Below, piece by piece: positions 60,645 to 64,000 of a stretch of 64,000 bases of DNA; position 1 is the stretch's first letter; each line of letters starts with the position of its first letter. Source of the stretch: Longimicrobiales bacterium. Its GTDB lineage: Bacteria; Gemmatimonadota; Gemmatimonadetes; Longimicrobiales; Gaopeijiaceae. The translations under genes and the position numbers were made by a program. A model generated the notes under the pieces. It was given only the letters and a program-made list of their open reading frames with translations, was not told where the DNA came from and ran no database searches. The stretch spans positions 1,600,001 through 1,664,000 of the forward strand of contig OZ250165.1 of assembly GCA_965238005.1 (NCBI GenBank), written 5' to 3'.

Positions 60645-60685
60645 GCACACCAACGTGCACACCAACGTGCACACCAACGTGCACA
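60645..60685. repeat. 12-bp tandem repeat x3.4
   Basis: (GCACACCAACGT)3 GCACA. Confidence 0.9.
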
Positions 60686-60858
60686 TTCTTCGGCGGGGGA
60701 GGCTTCGGTCTCCCCTGTCCTGCTTTTCCCCAGTGACGCAACAGACGAGTACCCAGTGCGCTGATGGCGCTTTGCGACCTCAGCGCGAGGCATGCTTCTG
60801 CTTGCGCCTACCGGCCCACTCTCGGATGTTGAACGCGGTCTGATCCCGGAGTGCGCCC

Positions 60859-60915
60859 GTGTCCGATCCAGTCACCGGTCTGAACGCTGCTTTGGAAGGC
60901 CGCTACGCCGGCTGA
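60859..60915 (+). pseudogene. Ser/Thr kinase N-terminal stub 4
   Basis: VSDPVTGLNAALEGRYAG-stop; same leader as stub 1. Confidence 0.75.
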
Positions 60916-61055
60916 GGCCTACCGCTATCTGTAGACGTCCCGCCGGTGACCAGTCTTCACGACCAATCTTCACGACTGTAGCCCTTCCCTAGCAGCCCGC
61001 GGTACCTTCATCAGGGGCTGCCCAACCGAAAGACGAGGGAAACGATGAGAAGGCG

Positions 61056-61712
61056 ATGGGAACGATCCGACTTCTTGCGCTCTGCCTGCTCCTGAGCGTC
61101 AGTGCTTGCGGCGACACCGTGGGGGAGGCCGCGCAGATTGATCTCGCCGCAGTGAGCGCGAACCTCCAGGGCAGAGCGCCCGACGTCTTCCGGGCCAGGT
61201 TCGAGACGAGCAAGGGAGACTTCGTGGTCGAGGTCACGCGTGCCTGGTCGCCTGCGGGGGCCGATCGCTTCTACAATCTCGTGAGTCACGGCTACCTCGA
61301 CGGTGTGCGCTTCTTCCGGGTCATAGAGGGTTTCATGGCTCAGTTCGGCATCAACGGTGACCCGGCACTGGCGGCCCTCCTTCGGGAAGAGAACATTCAG
61401 GACGACCCCGTCGCCGAGAGCAACACGCGAGGCAAGATGACCTTCGCGAAGACGGGCCAACCCAACTCACGGTCGACACAGATTTTCATAAACTTGGTCC
61501 CCAACACGAACCTCGACGACCTCGGCTTTTCCCCCTTCGGTGAGATCGTCGAGGGCATGGAAGTCGTGGACCAGCTGTACTCCGGCTATGGAGAGGGGGC
61601 ACCGCAGGGGACCGGGCCGAACCAAGGCCGCGTTCAGGCGGAAGGGAACGCGTACCTGAACGCCGAATTTCCCAACCTCGACTACGTGGAGCGGGCGTCG
61701 ATCGAAGGCTAG
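61056..61712 (+). CDS. Cyclophilin-type peptidyl-prolyl isomerase (lipoprotein)
   Basis: VSAC lipobox, FETSKGDF, RFFRV, QFG, STQIFIN. Confidence 0.9.
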   Translation: MGTIRLLALCLLLSVSACGDTVGEAAQIDLAAVSANLQGRAPDVFRARFETSKGDFVVEVTRAWSPAGADRFYNLVSHGYLDGVRFFRVIEGFMAQFGINGDPALAALLREENIQDDPVAESNTRGKMTFAKTGQPNSRSTQIFINLVPNTNLDDLGFSPFGEIVEGMEVVDQLYSGYGEGAPQGTGPNQGRVQAEGNAYLNAEFPNLDYVERASIEG

Positions 61713-61857
61713 CCACTTCGAACGAGGGGACGCATGCAGCGACTCATACGCCCCTACCGCGAACAGGGCCGCTGCGAGAGTGCTCGAAGAGGCGTGGATT
61801 ACGTCGTGAGGTCTAGATGGAGAATTCCGTGGACAATGAACACGAAGGAGATGAGAC

Positions 61858-62136
61858 ATGCCTAGGGTAGTGGTCACCGCGCAGGTTGAAGAGCTGGTCA
61901 AGTGGGAAGAGGGCTTCCGGACTCACGGAGACCTGTTCAGGAGTCAGACTGTATCCGGACCTATTGGTATCGCGACGAATGAGGACAACGAAGTTGCTGT
62001 CTGCTTCGATGCGAGCGATTTGGACAGGTTCCTCCAGGGGATGGATTCTCCGGAGACAGCCGAGGCCATGGCCCTCGATGGTGTCAAGCGGGAAACGGTG
62101 AAGGTCTTTGTCTTGGACAAGGAGTTCGTAGTCTAG
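61858..62136 (+). CDS. Small hypothetical protein (ABM-like)
   Basis: GGAG RBS, 92 aa, EAMALDGV motif. Confidence 0.7.
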   Translation: MPRVVVTAQVEELVKWEEGFRTHGDLFRSQTVSGPIGIATNEDNEVAVCFDASDLDRFLQGMDSPETAEAMALDGVKRETVKVFVLDKEFVV

Positions 62137-62150
62137 CTGGTGCCGGACCC

Positions 62151-62272
62151 ATGACCGATCCTATCTCTCGCCTGAACGTAGCCCTCGAAGGCCGCTACGC
62201 CATCGAGCGTGAGTTGGGCGAAGGCGGGATGGCTACGGGGTCTACTTGGCCGACGACCTGAAGCACGAGCGC
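62151..62272 (+). pseudogene. Ser/Thr kinase N-terminal stub 5 (frameshifted)
   Basis: MTDPISRLNVALEGRYAIERELGEGGMAT, 2-nt insertion, then VYLADDLKHER. Confidence 0.85.
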
Positions 62273-62384
62273 GAACAAGAGCGGAGTGAATGCCGATGCA
62301 GATGAGCGCCGTTTCTACCGGGATGACGGCAGTCATCGTGTTGGTAATGCTCTACCTGTTCTTCCGAGCGTTCTCAAGGCATAG

Positions 62385-63239
62385 GGTAGCGTTGAAGGCG
62401 AAGGCGACGTTCCCTTCGTAGAGGGCAGCGAAGAAACCGAAGAGTCAGGGCCATCTACGACCAGATCCAGTCAACACTCCGACGAATACGGCGACGAAGG
62501 TTCCGGCGGTGTAGGAGACGGACCGACTACCGATGCGACGGGCATGGGTGACGGCGATCACCAGTTCGACGAAGTTTACGACGAGACTGGCACACCGTAT
62601 CCCTAAAATCCCAACACGACGCCGGGCCTCGAGGGCGCCGCGCAGAACGCGCCCAGCTGGGACGCCGCGAACGACGCCTACAACTACGCGCAGCAAAACC
62701 CCGACGATCCCTTCGCCCAGCAGCAGCTTTACAGTAGCCTGGGCGCGATGGGCAGCAGCGAGACCGGTGGCAGCATCATGGAGGTCCTCCACATCATCAT
62801 GAAGGAGAGCATCAAGGAGGACAACGAGACCAAGCACATGAAGCTGCAAAAGCTCGACGAGTACAACAAGATCTCGAAGGCGTACGGTAACTCTTTGGAC
62901 ACTCTCTAGCAGATTTCCTCGGCGAAACTCGCGTTGAGGGAAAACAAAGATGAATCTGATGCGAAGGTGCGAGTGAACTACGATTTGTATGACACGTCCA
63001 CCGTGGGCCCCGACGGTAGGCCGATCAAGACCGACACGATCACCAAGAACGTCTCACGCAACGGCTTGAGCACCGAGACGAAGCGGCTCGAAAACCGGAT
63101 GGAAGAGCTGCGCAACGCTAAATAGAAGGTCACGAACGAGCTTCAACATCTGGATCAGATTGTGAATCAGACGATGCAAGGCATTGCGCGGATTTTGCGA
63201 GCTCTGGGTCAGATGCGGAGGCAAACTCAGCGAGACTAA
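62385..63239 (+). pseudogene. Fossil ORF of an acidic/coiled-coil protein with three in-frame stops
   Basis: Single frame, protein-like throughout; stops at 62604, 62907 and 63123. Confidence 0.6.
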
Positions 63240-63569
63240 AGACGGAGCGAGCCCGTTTAGCGCTGCGCTGCCGCACACCGCATGATGAGGCTTGGAACGC
63301 CCTGCCTAACCGCCCGCGTGAGGTGGTGGTATGGCCATCATCTATGAGAATCCGTCCAACGGCTACCGCGAGGTCTCCTCGGCTCCCTGGCTGTGGACGC
63401 TCGTGTTTGGCCCCTTCTATTTCGGTGTAAAGGGGTGGTTGCGTACAACCCCTTCCGCAAAAAACGGGTATAACAGCCACGAGAGCCCCACCCCGACCAA
63501 CTGTCCCTTCAACAAGGCAAGGTGGCTCTGGCGCGGAGGCGCCTGCGCAACGCCACGGTTTGGGCGGCT

Positions 63570-63852
63570 TCAGTCTGCGGGCGGCGCGCCACCGCTGGTT
63601 TGCTTGCGACGTTGAAGCAGGTAGCTCGCGAAAGAACCCAGTCCGCTGAACTTGTATTGGCCATCGACGTATTTCTCGATCACATAGAACGCGAAGTAAT
63701 AGAACCGCATGAATCCCCAGAGGGCGACGCCCAGAAGCAGCGCCACGCGGAAACTCGGGTTTTCCCAGAGGAGTATGGCGGAGGCGACCAGCCCGGTGAG
63801 AAGCATGAGAATGCCTTTGACAATAATCAGGCGGGAGTTGGAGATCTTTCAT
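63570..63852 (-). pseudogene. Small membrane protein, frameshift near start
   Basis: MKDL start is out of frame with LIIVKGILMLLTG...RFYYFAFYVIEKYVD. Confidence 0.5.
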
Positions 63853-64000
63853 GGCGTTCATGGCGCGGGCGGGATTCGTCGAGGTTTGCCCTGAATGTCG
63901 CATTGAATGTCCGGGTTCACCAGTCGATTTGGACTCAGTGGGGCGGCGGATAGGAAAGTGAACCGCCCTCTGGGGCCAGGAAGCAAAGAAGCGAAAACAA

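Noticed and set aside
53556..62272. Diversity-generating retroelement explanation for the stubs
   Set aside because: No reverse transcriptase, and differences between copies are not adenine-specific

Overview
GC-rich bacterial chromosome window. Gemmatimonadota is inferred from the lpxC-fabZ fusion, bshC, a PadR/ADOP permease pair and the characteristic Ser/Thr-kinase N-termini. Positions 1-16.7 kb are core envelope genes: bamA-skp-lpxD-lpxC/fabZ-lpxA-gnnA-like-small ORF-lpxB-DUF374-lpxK-rlmH-bshC-murJ-uvrC-TPR. Positions 16.9-26.9 kb are a decayed genomic island in tRNA-Gly(CCC), with a 45-bp att duplication, an integrase remnant, an IS110 carrying a 4x180-bp internal tandem, a hydrolase, a cyclophilin and gdhA. 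Positions 27-35 kb are accessory genes, including an IS3 and an unannotated exported selenoprotein candidate (in-frame TGA in a UxxC thioredoxin motif, followed by TPR and DsbD-N-like domains). Positions 35-44 kb are core genes (DUF512-der-plsY-gpsA-merR-surE-pcm-yqaA). Positions 45-64 kb form a peptidase-rich plastic region in which five co-oriented, truncated Ser/Thr-kinase 5' stubs separate cargo genes like cassette boundaries; one stub is split by an IS1182. A small CTAG-bounded MITE-like family sits on the stop codons of three genes. All calls come from reading motifs by eye; no database searches were run.
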